The position numbers and the translations under genes are program-made. The notes under the pieces were generated by a model. It saw only the letters and a list, made by a program, of their open reading frames with translations. It did not search any database and was not told the DNA's origin. A stretch of 64,000 nt of DNA from an uncultured bacterium (lineage in GTDB: Bacteria > Patescibacteriota > Minisyncoccia > Phycocordibacterales > Phycocordibacteraceae), in contig CALFMK010000001.1 of NCBI GenBank assembly GCA_937879955.1, positions 201,578-265,577 on the forward strand, written 5' to 3'. Shown here in pieces: positions 40,522 to 50,760 of the stretch (its first letter is position 1; every line of letters starts with the position of its first letter).

Positions 40522-41826
40522 TTATTTTAGTGCCGCGTCGAGCGACTGGCTCGCGGTCGACAGCGCGGTCGAGACCGTCGCCTTCCCCGTCGCGATGCTG
40601 CTAACCATCGTACCAAAGATACGGTCGGTCTCGGACGGCATCGGGGATAGCCAGCCCTTCGCGATGAGCGCCTCCGGGTAGTACACCGGCTCGTAGAGGT
40701 CGCCGCTCGAAGGCGAGAGCGCGTCGCGCCTCGCGGGCGCCATACCGAGCGCATGCGCGAAGAGGGGCACGGTCTCCTTCGACGACAATACCTGCGCAAC
40801 GCGCACGGCCCCTGATCCGTTCTTCGCGGCGCGCGGAACGGCGAACGCATAGGCCTTGCCGTACGTGATGCGGGTCGCGCTCTGCGCCGGGGCGGGCACG
40901 GGCGCCATGTCGAAGTCGAGATTCGGGTTCGCCTCGGAGAGGTCAGCGCGCTCGGACGCATAGCCGAGATAGAGCGCGAGGTCGCCCGAGAGGAACGCGA
41001 GGCGGTTCTCCGGGAGCGAGCGGTTCCAGGAGTACGCCGTCTTCGCCGGGTTCGCGAACTCGGTGTAGAAGTTGAGCGCACTCTCTGCGGGCTTGGTCCC
41101 GAAGGACGAGCCCTTCACGTCCGTGAGGTCCGACTCGATGCCGCTCGCCGTGCGGCCGGCGATGCCGTAGCCTGCCTGCATGAAGAGGAGCGAGATGATC
41201 GCGCGCGCGTTGTCGATGTTCTCGTAGGTACCGAGCGCGATGAGGCTCTTCACGACCTGCTGCGCTTCCGTCTGACGGTTCACCACCGACGTGAGGCCCG
41301 TCACCGCCTCCCAGGTGGACGGAGGACGCGCCGCGCCCGCCGACGCGAGGACCGGGCGGTTGTAGTAGAGCATCAAGGGGTCGACGAGGAACGGGATGCC
41401 GAACGTACCGCCCGTCGTGAGGAAGAGCTCGCTGATCGGCAGGTAGGAATCGCGGAAGTCGCGCTCGGATATGACCGAGGACGGCACCATGGAGAGCTTC
41501 CCCTCCGCCGCAGCGAGGTCCTCCTGCGAGATGAGGATGAGGTCCGGACCGCGCCCCGAAGCGATTGCTTCCGCAAGATCCGCATCGAAGGTGTCCGCGG
41601 AGCGCTCGAGGTAGGTGACGCTCGCGTACTCCGGCTTCCCCTGCTTCACGGCGCCGAGCGCCTCGTTCATGGCGCCTGCAGGCAAGGTGCCCCAGATAGA
41701 GACCGTGCCAACCTGCGGCGCGCCGGTCGAGAAGCCCTGGAAGGTCGCGAACAGGACGAGGCCGGCGAGCGCGACGAGGCCGAACACGGCCATGATGATG
41801 ATCTGGAACGGCTTCATGGTTGCCAT
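40522..41826 (-). CDS. Extracellular solute-binding protein (ABC sugar-binding family 1)
   Basis: N-terminal TM, ASGRGPDL, IPF.VDPL.LYYN, F.SGDLALY.G, PNLDFD.AP.P. Confidence 0.85.
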   Translation of the reverse strand: MATMKPFQIIIMAVFGLVALAGLVLFATFQGFSTGAPQVGTVSIWGTLPAGAMNEALGAVKQGKPEYASVTYLERSADTFDADLAEAIASGRGPDLILISQEDLAAAEGKLSMVPSSVISERDFRDSYLPISELFLTTGGTFGIPFLVDPLMLYYNRPVLASAGAARPPSTWEAVTGLTSVVNRQTEAQQVVKSLIALGTYENIDNARAIISLLFMQAGYGIAGRTASGIESDLTDVKGSSFGTKPAESALNFYTEFANPAKTAYSWNRSLPENRLAFLSGDLALYLGYASERADLSEANPNLDFDMAPVPAPAQSATRITYGKAYAFAVPRAAKNGSGAVRVAQVLSSKETVPLFAHALGMAPARRDALSPSSGDLYEPVYYPEALIAKGWLSPMPSETDRIFGTMVSSIATGKATVSTALSTASQSLDAALK

Positions 41827-41827
41827 A

Positions 41828-42358
41828 CTACGGTGCAGTGAATACGAGGGAATAATGATGCGGCCCGCCGCGGAACGCCTTAACCTTATGGAAGCCCGCT
41901 CCGATGAACAGGTCTTCCGCGACGTGCTCGGGCACTACGCGATGCGGATGCGGCCCGATGCCGCCGTACGCGCCCGCCCAGTCCACGACGAGCAGCTTCC
42001 CTCCGGGCTTCAGGATGCGCTTTATCTCGGCCACGGCGCCTTCGCGATGGTCGAGCTGGAAGAGCGTGTTCGAGAGGATCACGGCGTCGAGCGACGCGTC
42101 CCGCAGGCGCGTGCCGCCGAGCTTCTCGAAGTTCCCCCAGACCGTCTCGACGTTCCGGTGGCCGAGACCCTCGACGAAGTCCTTCACGTGCTTAAGGATG
42201 TCTTCCTGAATATCGACGGCGTACACTTTCCCTTCGGTGCCTACGATGGCGGCCGCGCTCGCGGCATAATGCCCTGAGCCCGCGCCGAGATCCCCGACCT
42301 TCATGCCGTCGCGAAGCCCCAGCTGCAGGACGTTGCTCTTCGGATCGCTGAAATTCAT
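41828..42358 (-). CDS. Class I SAM-dependent methyltransferase
   Basis: VGDLGAGSG, VYAVDI, RILKPGGKL. Confidence 0.9.
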   Translation of the reverse strand: MNFSDPKSNVLQLGLRDGMKVGDLGAGSGHYAASAAAIVGTEGKVYAVDIQEDILKHVKDFVEGLGHRNVETVWGNFEKLGGTRLRDASLDAVILSNTLFQLDHREGAVAEIKRILKPGGKLLVVDWAGAYGGIGPHPHRVVPEHVAEDLFIGAGFHKVKAFRGGPHHYSLVFTAP

Positions 42359-42461
42359 ACACGGAGTATAGCAAGCGCGGCGCAGAGGCGCCGCGCAATC
42401 AACAAAAGGAAAAGACGCACCCTAGTACGGATGCGTCTCATTCATAGGACGTGTGGCCGGC

Positions 42462-42653
42462 TCATTCGAGCCGATTGAAGAACATGCTGTTCGGATTGCC
42501 CTTCGTGTAGGCCTGACCAGCGGGACTTTCCCGCCACGCTGCCACTTCCTTCGGGTCGTAGCCGCTCGGGCCGTACTTCGTCGGCGTCCCGATCTCAAGA
42601 CGGGCGGCCCGACCGATTGCAGCTGCGTCGGCATGATCCACTTGATCGGCCAT
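42462..42653 (-). CDS. Small orphan protein (63 aa)
   Basis: TTGACA..TACTCT promoter, GGGAG SD, MADQVDHADAAAIG... Confidence 0.6.
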   Translation of the reverse strand: MADQVDHADAAAIGRAARLEIGTPTKYGPSGYDPKEVAAWRESPAGQAYTKGNPNSMFFNRLE

Positions 42654-42753
42654 GGAAAGATCTCCCTGTTTTGAAATTGATACGCAGGCATGGCACCTGC
42701 GACGGGTATAGAGTACCCCGCCCACAGGCTTTGTCAAATCCTACGGAACGCTA

Positions 42754-45234
42754 CTAAAGCGCCACCATCGAGGCGATGGAATCCCCTTCGCGCATCTTCA
42801 TGATGCGGACGCCCTGGGTCGCGCGAGAGAGCGACGGGATCTCGCCCGCCGAACAGCGGATGACCTGTCCCTTCTTCGATATGACCACGAGCTCCTCGGT
42901 CTTCGCCTCGTCGCCGATGAGGACCTTAGCGCCGATGATCTTGCCCGTCTTCGCTGTCACGTCGGCGGTCTTGATGCCGGATCCGCCGCGGCCCTGGATC
43001 TTGTACTCGGAGAGCGGCGTCTTCTTGCCGTAGCCCTTGTCCATGATGATGAGGAGCGAGGCGCCCTTGGCATCCGCTGGCACGACCTCCGCCGAGACGA
43101 TCACGTCGCCCTTCTTCACCGTCATGCCGCGCACGCCCGCAGCCGTGCGGCCCATGGCGCGCGTCTCGCTCTCGTCGAAGCGGATGGACTGGCCCTCGGC
43201 CGTCACGATCGACACCGAGTCGCCAGGAGCAGCTAAGTGCGCGGACACGAGGCGGTCGCCGCCCTTGAGCGCGATCGCGATGATGCCGGAACGGCGCACG
43301 TCCGAGAAGGACTTCGCCTCCACCTTCTTGATGGTGCCGGCCTCGGTCACGAGGAAGACGGAGAGCGCGTCGCGGGCGCCGCTACCCTTCTCTACCTTCG
43401 GCATCGCGAGCACGCTCGTCACCTTCTCCTCTCCCGAGAGCTGGAGGAAGTTCATGATGCTCTTGCCCTTGGTCGCGCGCTTTCCTTCCGGAAGCTCGTA
43501 CATCTTGAGCTGGTACGCCTTGCCGAGGTCCGTAAAGAAGAGGAGATCGGAGTGAGCCGAGGCCGCGAGGAAGTGCGTCACGACGTCCTCCTCCTTGGTG
43601 GACATGTCGATGACGCCTACGCCGCCGCGCTTCTGGAGCTTGAACTCCTCAGGGTTCGTACGCTTCACGTAGCCGCCCTGCGTGAGGACGAGCACGGACT
43701 CCTCGTCCGGCACGAGGTCCTCCACCGAGATGTTCTTCACGCCGCCCTTCACGATCTTCGTGCGGCGGTCGTCGCCGTACTTCTCGGCGATGGCCTCGAG
43801 CTCCTCGCGCACCACGGCGAGGATGTTCTTCGCGGAAGAGAGGATCTTCTGGAGGCGCTTGATGAGCGCCTGGATCTCGGCGAGCTCCTCCTCGATCTTC
43901 TTGCGTTCGAGCGCCGCGAGCTTCTGGAGGCGCATGTCGAGGATGGCCGCCGCCTGGATGACGGAGAAGCCGAACTTCTTCTGGAGCTTGGCCGACGCGT
44001 CCGGCACGTCCTTCGCGGCGCGGATGGTCTTGATGACCTCGTCGATGTGGTCGAGCGCCTTCGAGAGGCCGAGCAGGATGTGCTCGCGCTCCTGGGCCTT
44101 CCGAAGCTCGTACTCGGTGCGGCGCTTCACCACCTCCTTGCGGTGGTTGATGAACGCCTCGAGCATGCCCTTCAAGGAGAGCGTCTCCGGCACGCCGTCC
44201 ACGAGCGCGAGCATGTTGTAGTGGAACGTGCTCTCGAGCTCCGTATGCTTGTAGAGATTATTCAAAACGGCCTGCGGATGCGCGGTGCCCTTGAGCTCTA
44301 CCACGACGCGGATGTCCGCGGCCGACTCGTCGCGCAGGTCCTTCACACCCTCGAGCTTCTTGTCGCGCACGAGCTCCGCGATGCGCGTGATGAGGTCCGC
44401 CTTGTTCACGCGGTACGGGATGGAGGTGATGACGATGCTCGTCCCCTTCTTGTCCTCGACGATGTCCGCCTCGCCGCGCACCACGACGCCGCCGCGGCCG
44501 GTGGTGTACGCATGCTTGATGTCGGCCTGGTTGAACGCGATCGCGCCGAGCGGGAAGTCGGGCCCCTTCACGTGCTGGAGGAGGTCCTCGACGGTCGCGT
44601 CGGGTTCGTCGATGAGATGCGTAGTGGCCGCGACCACCTCGCGCAGGTTATGCGGCGGGATGTTGGTCGCCATACCGACCGCGATGCCGAGCGTTCCGTT
44701 GAGGAGCAGGTTCGGGACCGCTGCCGGGAGCACCGTCGGCTCCTGCTTCGAGCCGTCGAAGTTCGGCGTCCATTCCACGGTCTCCTTCTCGAGGTCGCGG
44801 AGCATCTCGTCGGCGAGGCGGGACATCTTGGCCTCCGTATAGCGGTACGCGGCAGGCGGATCGCCGTCGACCGAACCGAAGTTACCCTGGCCCTGCACGA
44901 GCAGGTAGCGGGTCGCGAAGTCCTGCGCGAGCTTCACCATCGCGTCGTACACGGACGCGTCGCCGTGCGGGTGGTACGAACCCAGCACCTCTCCCACCAC
45001 GGTCGCGGACTTCCTGAACTTCGCGGACGGCGTGAGGCCCGTCATGCGCATCGCGTAGAGGATTCTTCGGTGCACCGGCTTCAGGCCGTCGCGCACGTCA
45101 GGCAGCGCGCGGCTCGTGATGACGGACATCGCGTAGTCGAGGTAGCTCGTGCGCATCTCGCTCGTGATCGACTGGTCGACCACGTTCACGCGCGGCACGA
45201 TCGGCTCTGGGGTCGGAACGGGTTTCTTTGCCAT
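42754..45234 (-). CDS. gyrA: DNA gyrase subunit A
   Basis: [39 protein letters not shown], GyrA-box QKRGGVG. Confidence 0.98.
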   Translation of the reverse strand: MAKKPVPTPEPIVPRVNVVDQSITSEMRTSYLDYAMSVITSRALPDVRDGLKPVHRRILYAMRMTGLTPSAKFRKSATVVGEVLGSYHPHGDASVYDAMVKLAQDFATRYLLVQGQGNFGSVDGDPPAAYRYTEAKMSRLADEMLRDLEKETVEWTPNFDGSKQEPTVLPAAVPNLLLNGTLGIAVGMATNIPPHNLREVVAATTHLIDEPDATVEDLLQHVKGPDFPLGAIAFNQADIKHAYTTGRGGVVVRGEADIVEDKKGTSIVITSIPYRVNKADLITRIAELVRDKKLEGVKDLRDESAADIRVVVELKGTAHPQAVLNNLYKHTELESTFHYNMLALVDGVPETLSLKGMLEAFINHRKEVVKRRTEYELRKAQEREHILLGLSKALDHIDEVIKTIRAAKDVPDASAKLQKKFGFSVIQAAAILDMRLQKLAALERKKIEEELAEIQALIKRLQKILSSAKNILAVVREELEAIAEKYGDDRRTKIVKGGVKNISVEDLVPDEESVLVLTQGGYVKRTNPEEFKLQKRGGVGVIDMSTKEEDVVTHFLAASAHSDLLFFTDLGKAYQLKMYELPEGKRATKGKSIMNFLQLSGEEKVTSVLAMPKVEKGSGARDALSVFLVTEAGTIKKVEAKSFSDVRRSGIIAIALKGGDRLVSAHLAAPGDSVSIVTAEGQSIRFDESETRAMGRTAAGVRGMTVKKGDVIVSAEVVPADAKGASLLIIMDKGYGKKTPLSEYKIQGRGGSGIKTADVTAKTGKIIGAKVLIGDEAKTEELVVISKKGQVIRCSAGEIPSLSRATQGVRIMKMREGDSIASMVAL

Positions 45235-45237
45235 GTA

Positions 45238-45597
45238 TTAGAAAGGTATGACGGTCTTGCCGGACGCGTTCGCGGACGGCGTCTCGGCGTCGAGCGTCGA
45301 GGACGTCCTCGAATCGACGATGTTCAGCGTCGCGTCGGTGCTGGTAGCGCCGAACGCGGCACCCGCTGCGCCGAGCAGGCTCGAGATCGGCGTCGACGGC
45401 TTCTCGATCTGCCCCAGTTCCGCAACGATCGGCTCCTGCTCGAGCGCGAACGAGCCCGAGGTAGCCATGGCGGCGACCCAGCCGGCCGTGACGATGCCGG
45501 TCACGCCGAACGCTACCGCCATCGCGATCTGATGACGGACATGCTCGGGCTTCGCCCGGAGCGTATCGATATGGTCCATGATGCGCTGCGTCGCCAT
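45238..45597 (-). CDS. Hypothetical membrane protein
   Basis: LRAKPEHVR..IA TM; between MBL gene and gyrA. Confidence 0.75.
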   Translation of the reverse strand: MATQRIMDHIDTLRAKPEHVRHQIAMAVAFGVTGIVTAGWVAAMATSGSFALEQEPIVAELGQIEKPSTPISSLLGAAGAAFGATSTDATLNIVDSRTSSTLDAETPSANASGKTVIPF

Positions 45598-45603
45598 ACG
45601 TCC

Positions 45604-46245
45604 TTAGGAGGTTATCACGATGATGCTGCCCGCCTTCTCCGCGGCGTCCTTCTTCTTGAGCGTGAGCTTGTCCACAGTCTCGGAGTCCTTGCCCGCTTCC
45701 TTCAGGAAGGCGTCGAGCGCCTTTGGCTCGCCCATACCCTCGTAGTGCATCGGGATGACGATCTTCGGCTCGAGCGTGACCGCGAGCTTCGCGGCCTCGG
45801 CCGCATTCAGCACGCCGTCCCCGCCCACCGGCACGAAGAGGATGTCGATCTCGTCTATCGCTTCGCGCGCGTCATGCGAGAGCATCGGGTCCGACAGCGC
45901 GCCCAGATGCACGAGGGTCATGCCGTCGAGCGTCACGGCATAGACCGTATTGATAGCGTCCATGCGCCCCTTCGGGAGGCCGTACTGGCTCTTGGTGAGG
46001 AATCCCTGCACGCGGACGCCCGAGTGCTCGTACTCGCCGGGGCCGTCGATGACGAACGGCTCCTTGCCGCCGAACGAGACCTCGTCGGTGCCGTCCATGT
46101 CGGGATGCCTGCGCGTCACGAGCGCGATGTCCGCGCCGAAGCGTACCGCCGGGAGCGTACCGCTCTTTGAGATGGGGTCGAAGACGATAGTGAGGTCGCC
46201 CTGCGTTATCTTGAAGCACTGCCCTCCGTGATGCGTGATGACCAT
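45604..46245 (-). CDS. MBL-fold metallo-hydrolase (Lactamase_B_3-like)
   Basis: ITHHG..CFKI, DGPGEYE, HLGAL, DILFVPVGG, IPMHY. Confidence 0.88.
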   Translation of the reverse strand: MVITHHGGQCFKITQGDLTIVFDPISKSGTLPAVRFGADIALVTRRHPDMDGTDEVSFGGKEPFVIDGPGEYEHSGVRVQGFLTKSQYGLPKGRMDAINTVYAVTLDGMTLVHLGALSDPMLSHDAREAIDEIDILFVPVGGDGVLNAAEAAKLAVTLEPKIVIPMHYEGMGEPKALDAFLKEAGKDSETVDKLTLKKKDAAEKAGSIIVITS

Positions 46246-46425
46246 TACCCGCATTTTACCATGGGCGTTTCTTCATGTCCTACGGGTTCTGGGTATCTTC
46301 ATGATTACGCCATATCCACAGAGGTCTTGACAATATATGAAGAAGGTCGTATTTTTTCCTGGTTCGTACCTGGCAGGAATCCCCTGACAGGATCGGCGGA
46401 CAGCACCAAGCAAAGGAACACGGAA

Positions 46426-46740
46426 ATGAGGAACCGAACGAGCCTCGTCGCCCTCGCGGCGGCCGGCGCCTTCTCGTCGATGATGATCTCGGACATGGCC
46501 ATGGCCGGCGCGGCCAGGGACGCCAAGCACGTGAAGCGGACCGGCCACCTCGACAGCGGCGCCAGCGCCCTGACCTTCGCCAGCGACGGCCTCGACACCA
46601 CGGGCAGCGGCAGCGGCGCCATCGACCGGCATCACGCGGCGACGGACCTCGACAAGATGGCCATGACCTCGATCGCCGGCGTCGGCGACGACCTGGGCGG
46701 CGACACGGCGGACGGCCACGGGCACATCACCCCGAGCTAG
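46426..46740 (+). CDS. Small low-complexity, possibly secreted, orphan protein (104 aa)
   Basis: TTGACA-N17-TATTTT promoter, AAGGA SD, signal-like N-terminus, terminator hairpin. Confidence 0.65.
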   Translation: MRNRTSLVALAAAGAFSSMMISDMAMAGAARDAKHVKRTGHLDSGASALTFASDGLDTTGSGSGAIDRHHAATDLDKMAMTSIAGVGDDLGGDTADGHGHITPS

Positions 46741-46982
46741 ATCGCCGGCGTGAAGTGGCCGGGGAACGCATCTGCGCTCCCCGGCCATGACCTTCCTTCT
46801 TCCCGTACCTTTAATTACTAATCCCTATCCATCCGGATGAGGGATTTTTCTTTATCCCCCGCCGCGCGCACGACCCCCTTTCCAGGGAGGCGAACCATGG
46901 TAGCTTCATCTATGACCGTATCGCTTGGTTCTTCCAGTCGAACGACGGTCTTGTTCCGCCAACCTGCAAGGAGATTGCAGCC

Positions 46983-47096
46983 ATGAACGTGCATCAGGCT
47001 CAGGCCCCGCCCGGCGTCGCGAACGCCGCCGCTCTGGCCGTCAACAGCGCCGACACGGACCGCACCGCCGACACCGGGCATGCCGCGCCCGGATGA
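46983..47096 (+). CDS. Micro-peptide (37 aa)
   Basis: AAGGAG SD; MNVHQAQAPPGVANAAALAVNSADTDRTADTGHAAPG; 12-bp hairpin follows. Confidence 0.5.
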   Translation: MNVHQAQAPPGVANAAALAVNSADTDRTADTGHAAPG

Positions 47097-47284
47097 CGAA
47101 GAACCCCGGGATGGCAGAGGTGCCATCCCGGGACCTCGCCTCTCGGCCGTCCATTCACAAACCCGTCCTGTACGGGTTTTACTATTTATGAAGCGTTCAT
47201 TTTCATATGTTGTAAAGAAACGTGTTGTGCTATAGTTCCCGCACTCGCTTCCGAGCCATCACGTAGCAGAAAGGGTTCCTGGAC

Positions 47285-47431
47285 ATGACCAGGGGATTCC
47301 AGAATCAAGGCGATCTCGGGCTGCCCCTTAGGCAGACCAACACGGCACCTCCTCAGCAGCACGGGGCCAGCGGCGACAAGATCAAGTTCGTCGACCGGCC
47401 GAACAGGAGGGTTCCGAAGGGCGGAGCCTAG
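47285..47431 (+). CDS. Micro-peptide (48 aa)
   Basis: Extended -10 TGcTATAGT, AAAGGG SD-like; stop codon lies in a 32-bp palindrome. Confidence 0.4.
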   Translation: MTRGFQNQGDLGLPLRQTNTAPPQQHGASGDKIKFVDRPNRRVPKGGA

Positions 47432-47624
47432 GCTCCGCCCTTCGGGGCTCCCCGCTCAGCGAGCAGCTCTTTCCGAGACCCTATCCAGGGTCTCTTTCCA
47501 TATATATAGGTTCCGTGCTATACATTCCCTATCGCGAGCGCGTATATACGCCGTGCGCGGGCTATCCCTGAGCTGCCGGAAGGCACTCAGTACCCGTCAC
47601 ATAGGAACGCCTCGTACACTAATC

Positions 47625-48773
47625 ATGCCTGAAGAGAACCAGGCAGCTGAGGAGCGCAAGGCTCCCCCAGTTGTCTCGACCGTCGCCGTAGAGGCCGGTC
47701 ACCCGATGGAGACCCTTATCGACTCGATCGCGACGCCTCCGCGCGTCGGCGACCTCGTCGAGGGAACCATCATCGAGCTCGTGCGCGGACGCCTCTACGT
47801 AGACCTCCCGCCGTTCGGAACCGGTATCATCTACGGCCGCGAGTACCTCAACGCCGCTGACGTTCTCCGCAAGGCGAACCCGGGCGACACTATCTCAGCT
47901 AAGGTCGTCGACGCCGCAGGCCTCGACGGCTACATCGAGCTCTCCCTCAAGGAGGCTCGCCAGGCCGCTATCTGGAGCGAGGCCGAGCAGGCTATCGCGG
48001 CCCAGAGTGTCTACACCCTCACCGTCGACGAGGCGAACAAGGGCGGACTCATCCTTACCTGGCAGGGCATCCAGGGCTTCCTCCCTGCCTCCCAGCTCAC
48101 GAAGGAGCACTACCCGCGCGTTCCTGAGGGCGACAAGGACAAGATCTTCTCCGAGCTCCAGAAGCTCACGGGCACCCAGCTGTCGGTCCGCATCATCACG
48201 GCGGACGCGAAGGAGGGCAAGCTCATCTTCTCCGAGCGCGCAGGCGACGAGGAGAACGAGAAGGCATCCCTCATCGACAAGTACCAGGTGGGCGACGTCG
48301 TGGAGGGCGAGGTCACGGGCGCCGTCGACTTCGGCGTCTTCGTGAAGCTCGAGCAGGGTCTCGAGGGCCTCGTGCACATCTCGGAGCTCGACTGGGGCCT
48401 CGTGGAGGATCCTCGCGCGCTCTTCAAGGTCGGCGACAAGGTCTCCGTGAAGGTCATCGAGGTGAAGGACGGCAAGGTGTCCCTCTCCGTGAAGGCGCTC
48501 AGGGAGAACCCGTGGAAGACCGCCCAGGACCGCTACAAGAAGGGCATGGAGGTCTCCGGCGTCATCATCAAGTACAACAAGCATGGCGCGCTCGCGTCCA
48601 TCGAGGAAGGCGTCGCAGGCCTCGTGCACATCTCGGAGTTCGCTTCCCCGGTGGAGCTCCGCGAGTCGCTCGAGCTCGGCAAGACCTACCCGTTCACCAT
48701 CACCCTCTTCGAACCGAAGGACCAGCGCATGACGCTCTCCTACACCGGCCCGAAGAAAGGAGCCAAGAAGTAA
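47625..48773 (+). CDS. rpsA: 30S ribosomal protein S1 (four S1 domains)
   Basis: GFLPASQL, DFGVFV....EGLVHISELDW, GLVHISE. Confidence 0.93.
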   Translation: MPEENQAAEERKAPPVVSTVAVEAGHPMETLIDSIATPPRVGDLVEGTIIELVRGRLYVDLPPFGTGIIYGREYLNAADVLRKANPGDTISAKVVDAAGLDGYIELSLKEARQAAIWSEAEQAIAAQSVYTLTVDEANKGGLILTWQGIQGFLPASQLTKEHYPRVPEGDKDKIFSELQKLTGTQLSVRIITADAKEGKLIFSERAGDEENEKASLIDKYQVGDVVEGEVTGAVDFGVFVKLEQGLEGLVHISELDWGLVEDPRALFKVGDKVSVKVIEVKDGKVSLSVKALRENPWKTAQDRYKKGMEVSGVIIKYNKHGALASIEEGVAGLVHISEFASPVELRESLELGKTYPFTITLFEPKDQRMTLSYTGPKKGAKK

Positions 48774-48878
48774 TCCGCAAGGATAATAGAAGCGAAAAAC
48801 GCGCCGGAGATATCCGGCGCGTTTTTCTATTTCTTCTCCAGTGACCAGTCGATCGTGGCCCCATCAACCGAGGAGCGC

Positions 48879-49478
48879 CTAGCGCGTGTTCGCCACGAGC
48901 ATCGCCTTCTCGATGCCGTCGGTCACGAAGTAGCGCGCGGCTTCCGCTGCCTTCGCGAGCGTCTCCTTGAGGAGCGCCTCTTCTGTCGGCTTGAACTTCC
49001 CGATCACATGCTTGATCACCTTCTCTTCGCCGGAGACCTTCTTCAGCTTCCCCTTCGGGGTCTGTCCCGCGATGCCGATCTTCATCTGCGCGAAGTCCTT
49101 GGTCTTGAGCGCGCGCATGATACTCTCGGCGCCCTTGTGTCCGCCCGCGCCGCGGCCGTATCCCGTCATCTTGATCACGCCGAGCGGCAGGTCGAGGTCG
49201 TCGCGTATCACGAGGAGCTTCTTCGCGGCAGGCTTCGACTTCACGAGCGCGAGCGCCGTCTTGCCCGACACGTTCATGTACACCTCCGGAAGCGCGACGA
49301 TCACCTTCTCGTCGTCTATAGAACCCTGCGCGACCGATGCCTGCGCCGCCTTATTCAGCTTGAAGTCCGCGATCCCCTCTTCCTTCGCGAAGAGCTCGGC
49401 CGCCATGCGTCCGGCGTTGTGCCGGGTCTTCTCATATTCGCCGCCCGGGTTCCCGAGGCCGATTATCACGTGTGCCAT
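48879..49478 (-). CDS. pth: Peptidyl-tRNA hydrolase
   Basis: IGLGNPGGEYEKTRHNAG, YMNVSG, DDLDLPLG, GGHKG. Confidence 0.96.
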   Translation of the reverse strand: MAHVIIGLGNPGGEYEKTRHNAGRMAAELFAKEEGIADFKLNKAAQASVAQGSIDDEKVIVALPEVYMNVSGKTALALVKSKPAAKKLLVIRDDLDLPLGVIKMTGYGRGAGGHKGAESIMRALKTKDFAQMKIGIAGQTPKGKLKKVSGEEKVIKHVIGKFKPTEEALLKETLAKAAEAARYFVTDGIEKAMLVANTR

Positions 49479-49570
49479 TGAGCACCATCCTACCATCCAC
49501 AATCCAATTCTCAGTCGCAAGGAAAACAGAAGACCCACCGGAGCGGGTACTTCCGCCGGCGGGTCGTATA

Positions 49571-50059
49571 TCAGGCTGCCCGACTCGCGGACTCCTTCGT
49601 CACGGCCTCGATCGCCGCGGCAAGCGCGTCGACCTCGACCGTGAACTTCTCACCTTTATGCGCGAGGAAGCTGCACTCGGGTCCGAAGTGGTACGCGTAG
49701 TCCTGGATGAAGATCGCGGGGCCGGTCGCAACGCCGAGCGGCCACGGGTCGATGATCACCGAAGCATCCGAGTCCCGAAGCGTGAGCCACGAGTGCTCGA
49801 GCCGGCGTCCCTTCCCGTTCGGTCCCGTGACCAGGACGAATCCGTCATGCGCGTCGACCGGCAGGAACCGGGCGAGCGCATGCGCGATCACGTGACAGTT
49901 CGGGATGCCGGTAGAAACCGCGACGTCCGAGTCCAAACGGACACCGAACATGAACGCCGGGAACTCAATCTTCTCAGGAAGCGCTTCGAGTATCTGTTCA
50001 ATACGTACGAATACCTCCCACGCCTTCTCAGGCACCTGCCTAGCTGCATGCGGCCTCAT
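49571..50059 (-). CDS. Hypothetical protein (orphan) with C..H..D arrangement
   Basis: GGAGG SD; NCHVIAH, EHSWL, IIDPW. Confidence 0.65.
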   Translation of the reverse strand: MRPHAARQVPEKAWEVFVRIEQILEALPEKIEFPAFMFGVRLDSDVAVSTGIPNCHVIAHALARFLPVDAHDGFVLVTGPNGKGRRLEHSWLTLRDSDASVIIDPWPLGVATGPAIFIQDYAYHFGPECSFLAHKGEKFTVEVDALAAAIEAVTKESASRAA

Positions 50060-50198
50060 TGCAGAGTCCTCCAAATTGCCTCTTGCCAGAACCTAGCACG
50101 GATCACCTGCGGGCTCCAGCACGCATGCGTCATGGTGTTCGGATGCAAACGAATGCGGAATATTTGACGTGCGACTTGAGAGGAATACAATGACGCTC

Positions 50199-50750
50199 AT
50201 GAAAGTTCTCGTGACGGCGCTTCGTGAGATCCTCACCTTCGTCGTTCTCGCTGTGATCATCGTCGTCCCCATCCGCCTCTTCGTCGCGCAGCCGTTCGTC
50301 GTCGAGGGCGAGAGCATGTATCCAACCTTCAACAGCGGCGACTACCTCATCGTTGACCAGCTCACCTACCGCCTCCAGGACCCGAAGCGCGGCGACGTCG
50401 TCGTGTTCCGCTACCCGAACGACGAGAAGGTCTTCTACATAAAGCGCATCATCGGCCTCCCGGGCGAGACCGTGCACATAAAGGAGGGCGCGACGAGCGT
50501 CACCAAGGTAGACGGCACCACCATCGACCTCGACGAGTCCTATGTCGTCTCCGAGGATGCCACCTACGACCTCGACCGCACGCTCGGCGAGGACCAGTAC
50601 TTCGTTATGGGCGACAACCGCCCGAGGAGCTCGGACTCCCGCGTATGGGGCCCGCTCCCGAAGCGTGACCTCATGGGCCGCGCCTATCTCCGCCTGCTCC
50701 CTGCCGGCGAGATCGGCGTGCTCCCGGGCTCCGTTACCGAACCTCAGTAG
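50199..50750 (+). CDS. lepB: Signal peptidase I
   Basis: GESMYPT, RGDVVVF, YIKRIIGLPGE, GDNRPRSSDSR. Confidence 0.96.
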   Translation: MKVLVTALREILTFVVLAVIIVVPIRLFVAQPFVVEGESMYPTFNSGDYLIVDQLTYRLQDPKRGDVVVFRYPNDEKVFYIKRIIGLPGETVHIKEGATSVTKVDGTTIDLDESYVVSEDATYDLDRTLGEDQYFVMGDNRPRSSDSRVWGPLPKRDLMGRAYLRLLPAGEIGVLPGSVTEPQ

Positions 50751-50760
50751 ACCTTTTCCT

